Shown here: positions 26,468 through 35,419 of the stretch, one piece after another
Layout: each line of letters begins with the position of its first letter
Numbering within the stretch: position 1 is the stretch's first letter
DNA from: Escherichia phage vB_EcoM_ESCO47
Sequence record: OM386662.1
Length of the DNA: 64,000 nt
Direction: 5' to 3' (one strand)
Translations under genes and position numbers: made by a program
The notes under the pieces: generated by a model
The model's input: the letters and a program-made list of their open reading frames with translations, nothing else
Database searches by the model: none
What the model was told of the DNA's origin: nothing

Positions 26468-27403
26468 ATGTACAATATCAAATGCTTGTCCCAAGAAGAA
26501 CAGTTAGAAGCTTACGGCCTGGTTGAATCAGGCAAATGGACCCGTAAAGAAATTGCCGATTACTTTGACATTTCAACAGATACTCTTCGTAAGATTGTTA
26601 AGAATTTTAAAGCTGAAGAGAAAGCCTCTGAATTTGAAGACGAAGAACAGGTCCCAGAAAATAATGAACCTATTATTACAGGTCATCGTCCAGAAATCGT
26701 ATGGAACGCGTCGTCTAAATTTATTTCAATTATTGAAGGACGCGATTCATATAATGCGACACCAACAAGCCATGCGAATTTTGAAGAAATTAAAGCTAAT
26801 TTGGTCGCAGGAAACTTTGCTAAAGCTATCGAACTTATTAACCTCAAGAAAGCTATTACTAAGTATGTTGATGGTAATATTATTATTGAAGGTGGTCGCC
26901 TATTTTATCAAGGAATAGAAATTCGTTCAGGACTTGTCGATCGTATTATCGACTCTATGGAAAAAGGCGAAGACTTTAAATTTTATCTGCCATTCCTTGA
27001 AAACTTGTTAGAAAACCCAAGTGAAAAAGCAGTTCAACGCTTATTCGACTTCTTGGTTGCAAACGATATTGAAATCACTGAAGACGGTCATTTCTACGCA
27101 TGGAAAGTAGTTCGTAAAGACTATTTAGATTGCTATAGTGGCACATTTGATAACTCGCCTGGTAAAGTTGTTTCAATGCCTCGTACTCGTGTTAACGATG
27201 ATGATACTCAAACTTGTTCCAGTGGTCTACATGTTTGTGCTAAATCATATATTCGTTACTTTGGTTCTAGCTCAGATAAAGTTGTTAAGGTTAAAGTTCA
27301 TCCACGTGATGTTGTATCCATCCCAGTTGACTACGGTGATGCTAAGATGCGTACTTGTCGTTATGAAGTAATTTCAGACGTTACTGAATTATTTGCAGAA
27401 TAA
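26468..27403 (+). CDS. rIIB: rIIB protein
   Basis: 311 aa; MYNIKCL... and C-terminal half closely match T4 rIIB as I recall it. Confidence 0.93.
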   Translation: MYNIKCLSQEEQLEAYGLVESGKWTRKEIADYFDISTDTLRKIVKNFKAEEKASEFEDEEQVPENNEPIITGHRPEIVWNASSKFISIIEGRDSYNATPTSHANFEEIKANLVAGNFAKAIELINLKKAITKYVDGNIIIEGGRLFYQGIEIRSGLVDRIIDSMEKGEDFKFYLPFLENLLENPSEKAVQRLFDFLVANDIEITEDGHFYAWKVVRKDYLDCYSGTFDNSPGKVVSMPRTRVNDDDTQTCSSGLHVCAKSYIRYFGSSSDKVVKVKVHPRDVVSIPVDYGDAKMRTCRYEVISDVTELFAE

Positions 27404-27408
27404 TAATT

Positions 27409-27431
27409 GGGGACTTCGGTCCCCTTTTTTC
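27409..27431 (+). terminator. rho-independent terminator after rIIB
   Basis: GGGGAC-TTCG-GTCCCC then TTTTTT. Confidence 0.75.
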
Positions 27432-27444
27432 TTTAGGGGTAATT

Positions 27445-27732
27445 ATGATTCATCCATTTGACGTATCAGAATCCAAAATTGCTAATCTTCGCGGTCATCA
27501 TAAGTGTAAATCAGTTTATTGTGCTAAATTGGTAAAACATCCTGGCGATGCACACTACGGCTGGTTAGAATGTGACGAAGTTGTTATTGAAATCCCTCCT
27601 GTGGATGCAGAATACCTTGAAGAAGGTGATCGCATTTATTTAGGTGAACTACATATTAGAGGTATCTATGGTAAAGACGAACTTGGGACTACTGAGACTG
27701 AAGAGTCTTCCGACATTTATCCTGTCGAATGA
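27445..27732 (+). CDS. hypothetical protein (95 aa)
   Basis: Follows rIIB terminator; Cys/His-containing N-terminal half. Confidence 0.5.
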   Translation: MIHPFDVSESKIANLRGHHKCKSVYCAKLVKHPGDAHYGWLECDEVVIEIPPVDAEYLEEGDRIYLGELHIRGIYGKDELGTTETEESSDIYPVE

Positions 27733-27748
27733 GTTTCTGACTAGCGAA

Positions 27749-28225
27749 ATGAAGGTAAAGATCGCGGATACAGCCAAGTATTCTCTTAGTCAAGACCCTG
27801 ATCAAATCAAAGAAGACGTAGTTCGTCGTTGTAAGGTTGCAGTCTTTGCCGAGTATGTAGTCGCTAATTGGTTAGATGGATATGTTAATAAAGGCATTGA
27901 AGATGTTGAAGACCCTTACACGTATGCATGGGATGTTCTAGCTCATCCTAAATACTGTGGATTGCGTGTAGAAGTCAAGACTCATCAGATGGACTCACGT
28001 TGGATTTCAGTCACTACAGGATATAGTGGCGATTATCCGGGTGGTAATGGAATCAATATAGGGCCCTTCTTGAATCATCGAGTCGCAGATTGCATTATTA
28101 TATTAAATGCCAAAGAAACCTCACCTGACGTCTTCTCTTATTCTATAAAGTTCGCGGGAGACCATGAAGACCTAAAGAAAATCGTCCGCAAGAGCAACTA
28201 CAACGGGTGGTATCTTCATCTTTAA
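27749..28225 (+). CDS. putative PD-(D/E)xK-type nuclease (DenB position)
   Basis: D...EVK-like motif WDVLAHPKYCGLRVEVKT; start ambiguous (GTG 27644, ATG 27668 with AGAGG, or ATG 27749). Confidence 0.4.
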   Translation: MKVKIADTAKYSLSQDPDQIKEDVVRRCKVAVFAEYVVANWLDGYVNKGIEDVEDPYTYAWDVLAHPKYCGLRVEVKTHQMDSRWISVTTGYSGDYPGGNGINIGPFLNHRVADCIIILNAKETSPDVFSYSIKFAGDHEDLKKIVRKSNYNGWYLHL

Positions 28226-28237
28226 TTTCATAAAAGT

Positions 28238-28273
28238 GTTTACAGCTAAGTAGGACTATGATATAGTAGTCCT
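28238..28273 (+). promoter_or_regulatory. early promoter-like element with inverted repeat
   Basis: -35 GTTTAC 28238-28243, -10 TATAGT 28262-28267; arms AGGACTA 28252-28258 and TAGTCCT 28267-28273; ATG at 28294. Confidence 0.5.
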
Positions 28274-28293
28274 ATCTAAAGGAGGATAACATC

Positions 28294-28557
28294 ATGAAAT
28301 TTAAATTTTTCTACGCAAAACATAAAGTGACCGGTGAGTTTGTTTCAATGTACAACACCGCAGATGACGAAGGGATGATTTATACCCATTTGGGTCTATC
28401 TCATTGGGATTCAGACGTGCCTTATATGTCATCTGAAGCCGAAATAACTCGTCTGGTTAATGGACATATGAACGACCATTTTGGTGTTATTCTTTCTAAA
28501 GACCTTAAAGAGGTTATCAACAAAGGATATATGGAACTCGCGGAAGTTGAGATATGA
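28294..28557 (+). CDS. hypothetical protein (87 aa)
   Basis: Promoter element and GGAGGA RBS upstream. Confidence 0.5.
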   Translation: MKFKFFYAKHKVTGEFVSMYNTADDEGMIYTHLGLSHWDSDVPYMSSEAEITRLVNGHMNDHFGVILSKDLKEVINKGYMELAEVEI

Positions 28558-28640
28558 GCTCTAAAATGTGGATAGGAATATGGTTGCTTAGTATCCCAAT
28601 GATTTGTATAATATTTTCAATTGCATTGAGGTACTTATGA
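28554..28640 (+). CDS. hydrophobic micro-protein (28 aa)
   Basis: ATGA-coupled to upstream ORF; single predicted TM segment. Confidence 0.25.
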   Translation: MSSKMWIGIWLLSIPMICIIFSIALRYL

Positions 28641-28747
28641 AAAATGCACTTCTTATTGTACTAAGAACAATTTGTGATACGGGTTTTTACATTGCATGTT
28701 CGTTCACTGGAACATGGTTGGCTTTAACATATTTTAATGTAATTTAA
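28637..28747 (+). CDS. hydrophobic micro-protein (36 aa)
   Basis: ATGA-coupled to preceding micro-ORF; hydrophobic. Confidence 0.25.
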   Translation: MKNALLIVLRTICDTGFYIACSFTGTWLALTYFNVI

Positions 28748-28749
28748 TT

Positions 28750-28779
28750 GTTTACATCAAGGTAGGATTATGGTATAGT
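28750..28779 (+). promoter_or_regulatory. early promoter-like element
   Basis: -35 GTTTAC 28750-28755, -10 TATAGT 28774-28779, then AGTCCTATCAA; ATG at 28808. Confidence 0.5.
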
Positions 28780-28807
28780 AGTCCTATCAAAATATGAGGA
28801 ACACAAA

Positions 28808-29008
28808 ATGACTAAGCTTTTTAAAGATGTTGAAATTGGTGAAAAATTTGTCCTGAATAATGGTCAGCAGCTTATTCGTGTAGCTTCTATAGCCGGACAA
28901 ACTCATAACTGCATCGCCCCGACGTATTGGACCCGATTCTTTATTGAGGATGACACCGAATGTTTAACTGTTGAAGAGCTTTTTGAACGTTCTGATATAA
29001 CCGAATAA
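28808..29008 (+). CDS. hypothetical protein (66 aa)
   Basis: Promoter element and GAGGAA RBS upstream. Confidence 0.45.
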   Translation: MTKLFKDVEIGEKFVLNNGQQLIRVASIAGQTHNCIAPTYWTRFFIEDDTECLTVEELFERSDITE

Positions 29009-29010
29009 AA

Positions 29011-29046
29011 TTGTACAAACTCCTGAGAGCAGAGTATAATGCTCTC
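29011..29046 (+). promoter_or_regulatory. promoter-like element (TTGTAC type) with inverted repeat
   Basis: TTGTAC 29011-29016, -10 TATAAT 29035-29040; arms GAGAGCA 29025-29031 and TGCTCTC 29040-29046; near-identical copy at 56780; ATG at 29085. Confidence 0.5.
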
Positions 29047-29084
29047 ATGGATTACAAAACATCAACTTACTTGAGGAAATTTAT

Positions 29085-29534
29085 ATGAACAATTACATGA
29101 CTCGTCGCGATATCCTGGCAGCTGGTGGTACTACGGTTGCTTACGTTCAGAATGGTAAATACCAGTCAGGTGAACCATCTAAAGCGGTTGCAGCACAACC
29201 TGGATTCTACTTCTTTGTTAAAGGTTTTAGTAACTCTCGTGTAGTAGCTGCCCGGTTTTATGTAGGTAATCAACGTTCTAAACAGGGACTTGATGGTATT
29301 GTAGCTAATATCCGTAAACAACGTTCTCAAGCTGCTCGCACCATGGCCACCAACAACGTAATTTACGAAGTGTTATACGTCCCAGCATCTAAGATGAAAC
29401 CTCTGACAACCGGCATTGGTAAAAGACAGTTAGTGATGGCTTTCACTCGCAATCACAGTTCAGATCTACAGACACTGGAAGAAATGAACCGAATTCTGGC
29501 CGACAACTTTAAATTCATCTTACAGAGTTACTAA
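29085..29534 (+). CDS. ndd: nucleoid disruption protein Ndd-like
   Basis: 149 aa; [13 protein letters not shown]...[12 protein letters not shown]...TLEEMNR.LADNFKF matches T4 Ndd as I recall it; position between rIIB and 52. Confidence 0.6.
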   Translation: MNNYMTRRDILAAGGTTVAYVQNGKYQSGEPSKAVAAQPGFYFFVKGFSNSRVVAARFYVGNQRSKQGLDGIVANIRKQRSQAARTMATNNVIYEVLYVPASKMKPLTTGIGKRQLVMAFTRNHSSDLQTLEEMNRILADNFKFILQSY

Positions 29535-29576
29535 TCCGGTAATAAAACGGCGTCTTAGGACGCCACTGGGGAAATT

Positions 29577-29741
29577 ATGCAACCGATTTTAACTTTTATC
29601 TGGTTAGTGACTGTTATTGTGTTGGTAACCCTTTTTGCAGCAGGTGTATGGGTTCCAGGTCCTTTTGTTGTTGGATTTATTTGTGTGTGGTTCATACTAG
29701 ACGCAATCGTTAAATTTTTAGTAACGGTATTTAACCGATGA
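29577..29741 (+). CDS. small membrane protein (54 aa)
   Basis: Hydrophobic; between ndd and 52 where T4 carries small peptides (stp/ac region). Confidence 0.4.
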   Translation: MQPILTFIWLVTVIVLVTLFAAGVWVPGPFVVGFICVWFILDAIVKFLVTVFNR

Positions 29742-29878
29742 TTAAACAAATCTTTGGCTACTCGATAGCCCTTGCTGCTTTATTAGTGGCATTATATTAT
29801 GGTGTTATGTTCGGGCTAATCCAAGTCGTGCTTTTCATTTCTGATGTTATTATGGCACTACATTCACTAGTATGGTAA
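29738..29878 (+). CDS. small membrane protein (46 aa)
   Basis: ATGA-coupled to upstream ORF; hydrophobic. Confidence 0.35.
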   Translation: MIKQIFGYSIALAALLVALYYGVMFGLIQVVLFISDVIMALHSLVW

Positions 29879-29882
29879 ATTT

Positions 29883-31208
29883 ATGCAACTGAATAATCGT
29901 GATTTAAAAAGTATTATTGATAATGAAGCACTAGCGTATGCAATGTATACGGTTGAAAACCGTGCAATCCCAAACATGATTGATGGGTTTAAACCGGTTC
30001 AACGATTTGTTATTCATCGTGCATTGGACTTGGCTCGTGGAAACAAAGAAAAATTCCATAAACTGGCTTCAATCGCTGGTGGTGTAGCTGATCTCGGTTA
30101 TCACCACGGTGAATCTTCAGCACAAGATGCCGGTGCTCTGATGGCTAACACATGGAATAACAACTATCCATTATTAGATGGACAAGGCAACTTTGGTTCA
30201 CGAACGGTTCAAAAGGCTGCAGCATCTCGTTATATTTTTGCTCGTATCAGTAAAAATTTCTATAACGTCTATAAAGATTCTGAGTATGCTCCAGAACATG
30301 AAGATAAAGAACACGTTCCACCAAAATTCTATCTTCCAATTATCCCGACGGTTCTATTGAACGGTGTTTCTGGTATCGCAACCGGGTATGCAACAAGCAT
30401 TCTGCCTCATAGTTTTAAATCTGTTAAGAAGGCTGTATTACAAGCTCTTCAAGGTAAAAATATCACTAAGCCTAAAGTTGAATTCCCAGAGTTTCGCGGC
30501 GAAGTGCATGAAGTTGAAGACCGATATGAAATTCACGGCACATATAAATTCACATCTCGGACTCAAATGCAAATCACCGAGATTCCATATAAATTTGATC
30601 GTGAAACGTATGTGAGTAAAGTTCTCGACCCGTTAGAAGATAAAGGGTTGATTACATGGGAAGATGACTGCGGTGAACATGGTTTCGGATTTAAGGTGAA
30701 GTTCCGTAAAGAGTATTCGCTTCCGGACGATGAAGCTCTTCGTCATGAGAAAATCATGAAAGACTTTAGTCTTATTGAACGTCGTTCCCAGAACATTACT
30801 GTTATCAATGAAAAAGGCAAGTTGGCTGTATATGATAACGTTGTTGATTTGATTAAAGATTTTGTTGAAGTCCGTAAGACTTACGTTCAAAAACGTATTG
30901 ACAACAAAATCGTTGAATCAGAAAAAGCTTTTAAACTAGCTTTTGCCAAGGCGCATTTTATCAAGAAAGTTATTGCCGGTGAAATCGTGATTCAAGGCAA
31001 GACTCGTAAAGCTTTGACCGAAGAGTTATCACAAGTGGAAATGTATAAAGAACATGTAGACAAGTTAGTAGGTCTTAACATCTTCCATATCACATCAGAT
31101 GAAGCACGTAAACTAGCAGAAGAAGCTAAAGCTAAGAAAGAAGAAAATGAGTACTGGAAATCTACAGATGTCGTAGCAGAGTACACTAAAGACCTGGAGT
31201 CTCTATGA
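29883..31208 (+). CDS. 52: DNA topoisomerase II medium subunit gp52 (GyrA-like)
   Basis: 441 aa; MIDGFKPVQRFV motif. Confidence 0.93.
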   Translation: MQLNNRDLKSIIDNEALAYAMYTVENRAIPNMIDGFKPVQRFVIHRALDLARGNKEKFHKLASIAGGVADLGYHHGESSAQDAGALMANTWNNNYPLLDGQGNFGSRTVQKAAASRYIFARISKNFYNVYKDSEYAPEHEDKEHVPPKFYLPIIPTVLLNGVSGIATGYATSILPHSFKSVKKAVLQALQGKNITKPKVEFPEFRGEVHEVEDRYEIHGTYKFTSRTQMQITEIPYKFDRETYVSKVLDPLEDKGLITWEDDCGEHGFGFKVKFRKEYSLPDDEALRHEKIMKDFSLIERRSQNITVINEKGKLAVYDNVVDLIKDFVEVRKTYVQKRIDNKIVESEKAFKLAFAKAHFIKKVIAGEIVIQGKTRKALTEELSQVEMYKEHVDKLVGLNIFHITSDEARKLAEEAKAKKEENEYWKSTDVVAEYTKDLESL

Positions 31209-31288
31209 GCTTCACAGGCCTAGCCCTCGGGTTCTTGGTCACAGTCACATTGTTAGTCATCTTACTTCTATGGTTAGACCGTGAATGA
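31205..31288 (+). CDS. hydrophobic micro-protein (27 aa)
   Basis: ATGA-coupled to gene 52 stop; ends at the terminator hairpin. Confidence 0.25.
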   Translation: MSFTGLALGFLVTVTLLVILLLWLDRE

Positions 31289-31310
31289 GGAGCCTTCGGG
31301 CTCCTTTTTG
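31288..31310 (+). terminator. rho-independent terminator after gene 52 region
   Basis: GGAGCC-TTCG-GGCTCC then TTTTT. Confidence 0.7.
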
Positions 31311-31329
31311 TGCATTTTTACACAAAACA

Positions 31330-31358
31330 GTTTACATGCGCGTCAAGCATGATATTAT
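31330..31358 (+). promoter_or_regulatory. early promoter-like element upstream of motA
   Basis: -35 GTTTAC 31330-31335, -10 TATTAT 31353-31358; CATGC...GCATG repeat in spacer; ATG at 31397. Confidence 0.5.
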
Positions 31359-31396
31359 AGACCTATCAAAACAAAACAACCATTTGGAGAAATAAA

Positions 31397-32029
31397 ATGT
31401 CTAAAGTTACTTACATCATCAAAGCTTCTGAAAACGTCCTGAATGAAAAAACCGCTGCGATAATGGTTTATATCATTAAGAACAACTTCTGCACCGCTGC
31501 TGATGTCCGTGAAGCCCTGGAAGCAGAATACAATGCATCAATTGTTAACTCTAACATTGGTGTACTGATTAAGAAAGGTTTAATCGAAAAATCAGGTGAT
31601 GGACTTGTAGCAACTGGTGAAGCAATGGATATAGTCCAGAAAGCAGCTGATCTGTTTGCTCAAGAAAATGCACCGGAACTTCTGCGGAAACGTAACACTC
31701 GTAAAGCTCGCGGAGTTACTCCTGAGATGCAAGTTCTTGCAGATTTTGTTTTCGAAAATATTAAAGACAAAGTTGAAGTTAAAGAAATTGGTGAAAACCG
31801 TAGTAACTTAGAAGTTCGATTCGCAAAACGAGTTTTAGGTATTCGTCAAATTGAAATTCGTCGAGATGGATGTCTTCGTATCTTTGCATACAACATGACA
31901 GAAACCGAGTCAAAACTGTTTACTTCTCTTGAAAACGGTGTTAAGATAAAAGTCGGTGGTAAATATACCTACATTGATTTCCCTAATGTAACAAAAGAAA
32001 TCATTACTCTTGTAACTAACGTACTGTGA
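31397..32029 (+). CDS. motA: middle-transcription activator MotA
   Basis: 210 aa; MSKVTYIIKAS...NSNIGVLIKKGL.EKSGDGL matches T4 MotA as I recall it. Confidence 0.9.
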   Translation: MSKVTYIIKASENVLNEKTAAIMVYIIKNNFCTAADVREALEAEYNASIVNSNIGVLIKKGLIEKSGDGLVATGEAMDIVQKAADLFAQENAPELLRKRNTRKARGVTPEMQVLADFVFENIKDKVEVKEIGENRSNLEVRFAKRVLGIRQIEIRRDGCLRIFAYNMTETESKLFTSLENGVKIKVGGKYTYIDFPNVTKEIITLVTNVL

Positions 32030-32039
32030 GGAATACACG

Positions 32040-32369
32040 ATGAATAAGTTGAATATTGTTAATGAACTTCGTAAATGTGCAGAACCTACTCAGGAAGGAT
32101 GGGATATTTGGTACCACGGTGCTTATCTTGGAACTATTGTAAAGATTAAAGCTGGTAAATATATGATTCTTCGTGAAGATAAGGATGCTCCAGTAGGTAT
32201 TCGCAATAACTTCATGGCTGCAATTGGTTCATTCGTTGATGCTGCATACGAAGTGTATAAAGAAGATTACAAAGAACTTATGGAATCACAACCAGTTATT
32301 CGTTCGATTGGCGTTAACAAAGTTCAACAGAAAAGCCTATGGCAACGTGTTAAAGGATGGTTCAAATGA
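32040..32369 (+). CDS. hypothetical protein (109 aa)
   Basis: Directly downstream of motA. Confidence 0.5.
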   Translation: MNKLNIVNELRKCAEPTQEGWDIWYHGAYLGTIVKIKAGKYMILREDKDAPVGIRNNFMAAIGSFVDAAYEVYKEDYKELMESQPVIRSIGVNKVQQKSLWQRVKGWFK

Positions 32370-32827
32370 AAACCTTTGAAGAACGTTTAGCTTTGTTAGA
32401 TAAAGCCCTATCACGTGAGACCCCTGAAAGTCTGGCTGCTAAATTACAGTCATATGGATACGAATATACGAAACAAGATGTTTTAGATGAAGTTCCTGAA
32501 ATTTGTTGGGAAATTGGTCATTGGTGTAATGACCAGAAATTCCAACGACGAATTGTCTGTGCAGCCAACCGATTTAAATTAAAGGATGGTGGAACACTTG
32601 TTATTCCAGGTGCTCGTCATTATTCTAAAGATATGGCTGCGGTATTAGATGCAGTTGAAGATAAGGTTGTTTCATGTCAGGTTTGTGGCGACGACCAAGG
32701 CTTTATCGACCAGTATAGCAATTATTGGACTCGTAAAGAAGCAATGATTATTGCTACTTATGCCGGTCAGGTACGTATTGAACGCGGTGGTCGTGAAGAC
32801 GAACTTTATTCAGAGGACCTTTACTAG
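32366..32827 (+). CDS. hypothetical protein (153 aa)
   Basis: ATGA coupling at 32366; listed ORF starts at 32357; Cys pairs CWEIGHWC and CQVC. Confidence 0.5.
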   Translation: MKTFEERLALLDKALSRETPESLAAKLQSYGYEYTKQDVLDEVPEICWEIGHWCNDQKFQRRIVCAANRFKLKDGGTLVIPGARHYSKDMAAVLDAVEDKVVSCQVCGDDQGFIDQYSNYWTRKEAMIIATYAGQVRIERGGREDELYSEDLY

Positions 32828-33105
32828 TGAATCTTAAACAAATGCAGATTGATGATATTGAAACCCATATTAATCATATCAACCGCGGGAATGCCATGGT
32901 GGAAGATAATTGGGGAACTTATGTTAACCAACCTGCATGGGACGCTTTAGATCACGAATATATAAACAATATTTCTCCTATTGACATTCACAAAAATATG
33001 AACGGTTTAAAACCATTTTTACGTGATATGTATATTGCTACAAACAAAGAAATTATTAGTTCGTTGGAATATCAATTAAGGAAACTAAAAGATGAGGACT
33101 CTTGA
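32827..33105 (+). CDS. hypothetical protein (92 aa), Arn position
   Basis: Between motA and asiA where T4 has arn; by position only. Confidence 0.45.
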   Translation: MNLKQMQIDDIETHINHINRGNAMVEDNWGTYVNQPAWDALDHEYINNISPIDIHKNMNGLKPFLRDMYIATNKEIISSLEYQLRKLKDEDS

Positions 33106-33301
33106 TTCAAAGTCGGAATATTTTAATTCTTTAAATGACAAAACCAAAGCTTTAATACGTCATTTTATAGTTGAAATGGGCTATACCAACTCAAGCGACC
33201 TTAGAGAACATATAATTGAATGTGGTGTAGCCAAGAAATTCTCATTCACTGGAAAATGTTTAAACGTGGTAATTGCCCATTATGAACAATCTTGTAGCTA
33301 A
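33092..33301 (+). CDS. hypothetical protein (69 aa)
   Basis: Overlaps upstream ORF end. Confidence 0.45.
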   Translation: MRTLDSKSEYFNSLNDKTKALIRHFIVEMGYTNSSDLREHIIECGVAKKFSFTGKCLNVVIAHYEQSCS

Positions 33302-33390
33302 GCACAACTTCAATAAGGCTTCCGTCCACAAAGACAAGAAGAAAAACTTTAAAGAGTCTAACCGTAAGCAGAAACATAAAGGGAAAGGCT

Positions 33391-33678
33391 ATGATTACTA
33401 AGATCAAAGAACTACCGGCAACTGAACTTGTTCTGCACTGCGAATTGTTAGCCGAGTTATATTCCGTCAATAAAAATGTCTACCGTAGTGTCATTGTTGA
33501 TATGGAAGATGAAGTGTGTTCTCGCGTCAGGTTTCCTGTCGAGTTTAGTTACCATCCACCAGGTAACATTACGGTTGTTTTTGGTTCTGATTTTACCGAA
33601 GAAGAGGTCTTAGCAAAGCTCAAAGAAGAAATTGAAGCCTTTGAATTGCAAGATTATATTGACGACTATAGAGGGTAA
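33391..33678 (+). CDS. hypothetical protein (95 aa)
   Basis: No motif recognised. Confidence 0.5.
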   Translation: MITKIKELPATELVLHCELLAELYSVNKNVYRSVIVDMEDEVCSRVRFPVEFSYHPPGNITVVFGSDFTEEEVLAKLKEEIEAFELQDYIDDYRG

Positions 33679-33681
33679 AGT

Positions 33682-33840
33682 ATGAGCCATAACTTAGAGA
33701 ACGTAGTAGATGCCGAACGTGAAAGGGAAGCCTTAGTCTATAATGAACTATTATCTCATCTTACTACCTTACACTCGTATGAGCAGGAAGACTATACAAA
33801 ATATGTAGAAAGTGTAGAAAAATATGTTTACAATCCGTAA
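33682..33840 (+). CDS. hypothetical small protein (52 aa)
   Basis: GAGGG RBS 5 nt upstream of ATG; below the ORF-track cutoff. Confidence 0.35.
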   Translation: MSHNLENVVDAEREREALVYNELLSHLTTLHSYEQEDYTKYVESVEKYVYNP

Positions 33841-33854
33841 GGATATGTTAATAT
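33826..33854 (+). promoter_or_regulatory. early promoter-like element upstream of asiA
   Basis: -35 GTTTAC 33826-33831, 17-bp spacer, -10 TAATAT 33849-33854, CCTATCAA downstream; ATG at 33889. Confidence 0.45.
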
Positions 33855-33888
33855 ACACCTATCAACTAAATGGAATGAATAAAACATT

Positions 33889-34164
33889 ATGACTACCAAA
33901 AATATTGAAATCGTCCGTGAAATTATTACTGTTGCTTCTATTCTGATGAAATTTTCAAGGGAAGACATTGTTGAGGATCGTCAAACATTTATCGAATTCT
34001 TGAATGAGATAGGAATTAGAAATGATGGCCGACAGTTAAATCAAAACTCATTTAAAAAGCTAGTTTCGAATTTAACTGTCGAAGAAAAGAAAACACTGAT
34101 CAGTGAATTCAATGAGGGTTACGAAAATATTTATCGTCATTTAGTGATGCATTCTAACAATTGA
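33889..34164 (+). CDS. asiA: anti-sigma70 factor AsiA
   Basis: 91 aa; IEIVREIITVASILMKFSREDIV...LNEIG matches T4 AsiA as I recall it. Confidence 0.9.
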   Translation: MTTKNIEIVREIITVASILMKFSREDIVEDRQTFIEFLNEIGIRNDGRQLNQNSFKKLVSNLTVEEKKTLISEFNEGYENIYRHLVMHSNN

Positions 34165-34169
34165 TTCAA

Positions 34170-34829
34170 TTATTTAGCCCTTCCTAAAATCCTGGCCGCT
34201 TGGTTACAAATAGAAGCTAAGCGGTCTTCTCCTATTATTTTAGTCCCCTTATACCAATACATTGAAACAGCCCCAGCATATACGTTGTCCAAATTAAAAT
34301 AAGGGCAACTATACATGTAGTTTAGTTCCTCAGTTTTAGACTTTGTTGGCAGAAATGCGAACTCTGTTTTAGAATCAAAGTGCCTTCCACTTAAATGAAT
34401 TAAATATTCATTCATAGTCTTATCCACCGGAAATCCACCTAAAGACTTCTCGGAAATGGTAGTAGGTAGTTTACCCTCATATGCAATAAGGTCCACAAAA
34501 TAATTTAAATTTTTAGGGCGGAAAGAATACACTGCACTAAAATCTGCACCGGAAGAGATATGAACTATCTGTAATTGTTCTAAAGCCGCAGATTCAAAAC
34601 GTTGGTCTCTTTCCTTTTGTATAACTTCTGTGTATGTGTCATATTTGGCTCTCACATAATAGTCGAGGAATATAGTTCCTTTATACCATATCAAAGCCAT
34701 AATGAATAAAAGAACAACAACGGCCACACGAGAAACAAGAACTTTCCCGGTGGCATTATCTTTGAAAATACGATCTAACAACCCAAATAGAATATCACTA
34801 GGAGAGAATGATACTCTAGGCGCTGCCAT
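34170..34829 (-). CDS. t: holin T
   Basis: 219 aa; MAAPRVSFSPSDILFG...single TM...C-terminal periplasmic domain matching T4 T as I recall it. Confidence 0.93.
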   Translation of the reverse strand: MAAPRVSFSPSDILFGLLDRIFKDNATGKVLVSRVAVVVLLFIMALIWYKGTIFLDYYVRAKYDTYTEVIQKERDQRFESAALEQLQIVHISSGADFSAVYSFRPKNLNYFVDLIAYEGKLPTTISEKSLGGFPVDKTMNEYLIHLSGRHFDSKTEFAFLPTKSKTEELNYMYSCPYFNLDNVYAGAVSMYWYKGTKIIGEDRLASICNQAARILGRAK

Positions 34830-34839
34830 AATACCTCCT

Positions 34840-35391
34840 TTATCTGAAGATATTTATCACTCTTTTAAAAAATGATTTTCGTTCTTTTTCTGGCCATGCC
34901 GGGAATTCGCCACCTAAATGCTCATGCTTTTCATAAAGAGCAAAGAAACGTTTAAGATTCTGGTAATAGAATTTCTCGTCTTTATTTGCAACAGAAGCTT
35001 CAACCAAATTAGACAAGACTTGGTACTCTTTAAAAAGTTGATCAAGTTTTCTATTTCTAAGAGTCAAACGTTTATAACACTCATCCTCTTTCCAGCCGCC
35101 ATCTATCCAAAGATCAAACTCGCCAGGCTCATCAAATGTTGCACCCTGTAAGCTTCCTATACTATCAATTTTAACGGGTTGTTTATCGAAGGTCCAAGCT
35201 AGTTTACCGCGATGATCTTCTTCGTAAATCCAATCTTGAATGCGTTCGTCAAAAACAATCGCATATCCTTCTTTATGATCAAGTGGTTTTTTAGTTGTAG
35301 AATGCGCCGGGAGCCCAATGCCTTTAACAGGTTTATATGTTTCTTCTTTATAAAATTCTTTAGTGTCAAAATAGTAGTGGTAAATTTTCAT
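34840..35391 (-). CDS. 38: tail fibre assembly protein gp38 (T4-type)
   Basis: 183 aa; MKIYHYYFDTKEFYKEE...HLGGEFP matches T4 gp38 as I recall it. Confidence 0.9.
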   Translation of the reverse strand: MKIYHYYFDTKEFYKEETYKPVKGIGLPAHSTTKKPLDHKEGYAIVFDERIQDWIYEEDHRGKLAWTFDKQPVKIDSIGSLQGATFDEPGEFDLWIDGGWKEDECYKRLTLRNRKLDQLFKEYQVLSNLVEASVANKDEKFYYQNLKRFFALYEKHEHLGGEFPAWPEKERKSFFKRVINIFR

Positions 35392-35399
35392 TATTATAA

Positions 35400-35415
35400 A
35401 GGGCCCGAAGGCCCT
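35400..35415 (-). terminator. hairpin between genes 37 and 38 (minus strand)
   Basis: Minus-strand AGGGCC-TTCG-GGCCCT with weak U tract; likely attenuator or stability element. Confidence 0.35.
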
Positions 35416-35419
35416 CTCC

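Noticed and set aside
29555-29749. Minus-strand 64-aa ORF between ndd and gene 52
   Set aside because: The plus-strand hydrophobic ORFs in the same interval are ATGA-coupled and co-oriented with neighbours
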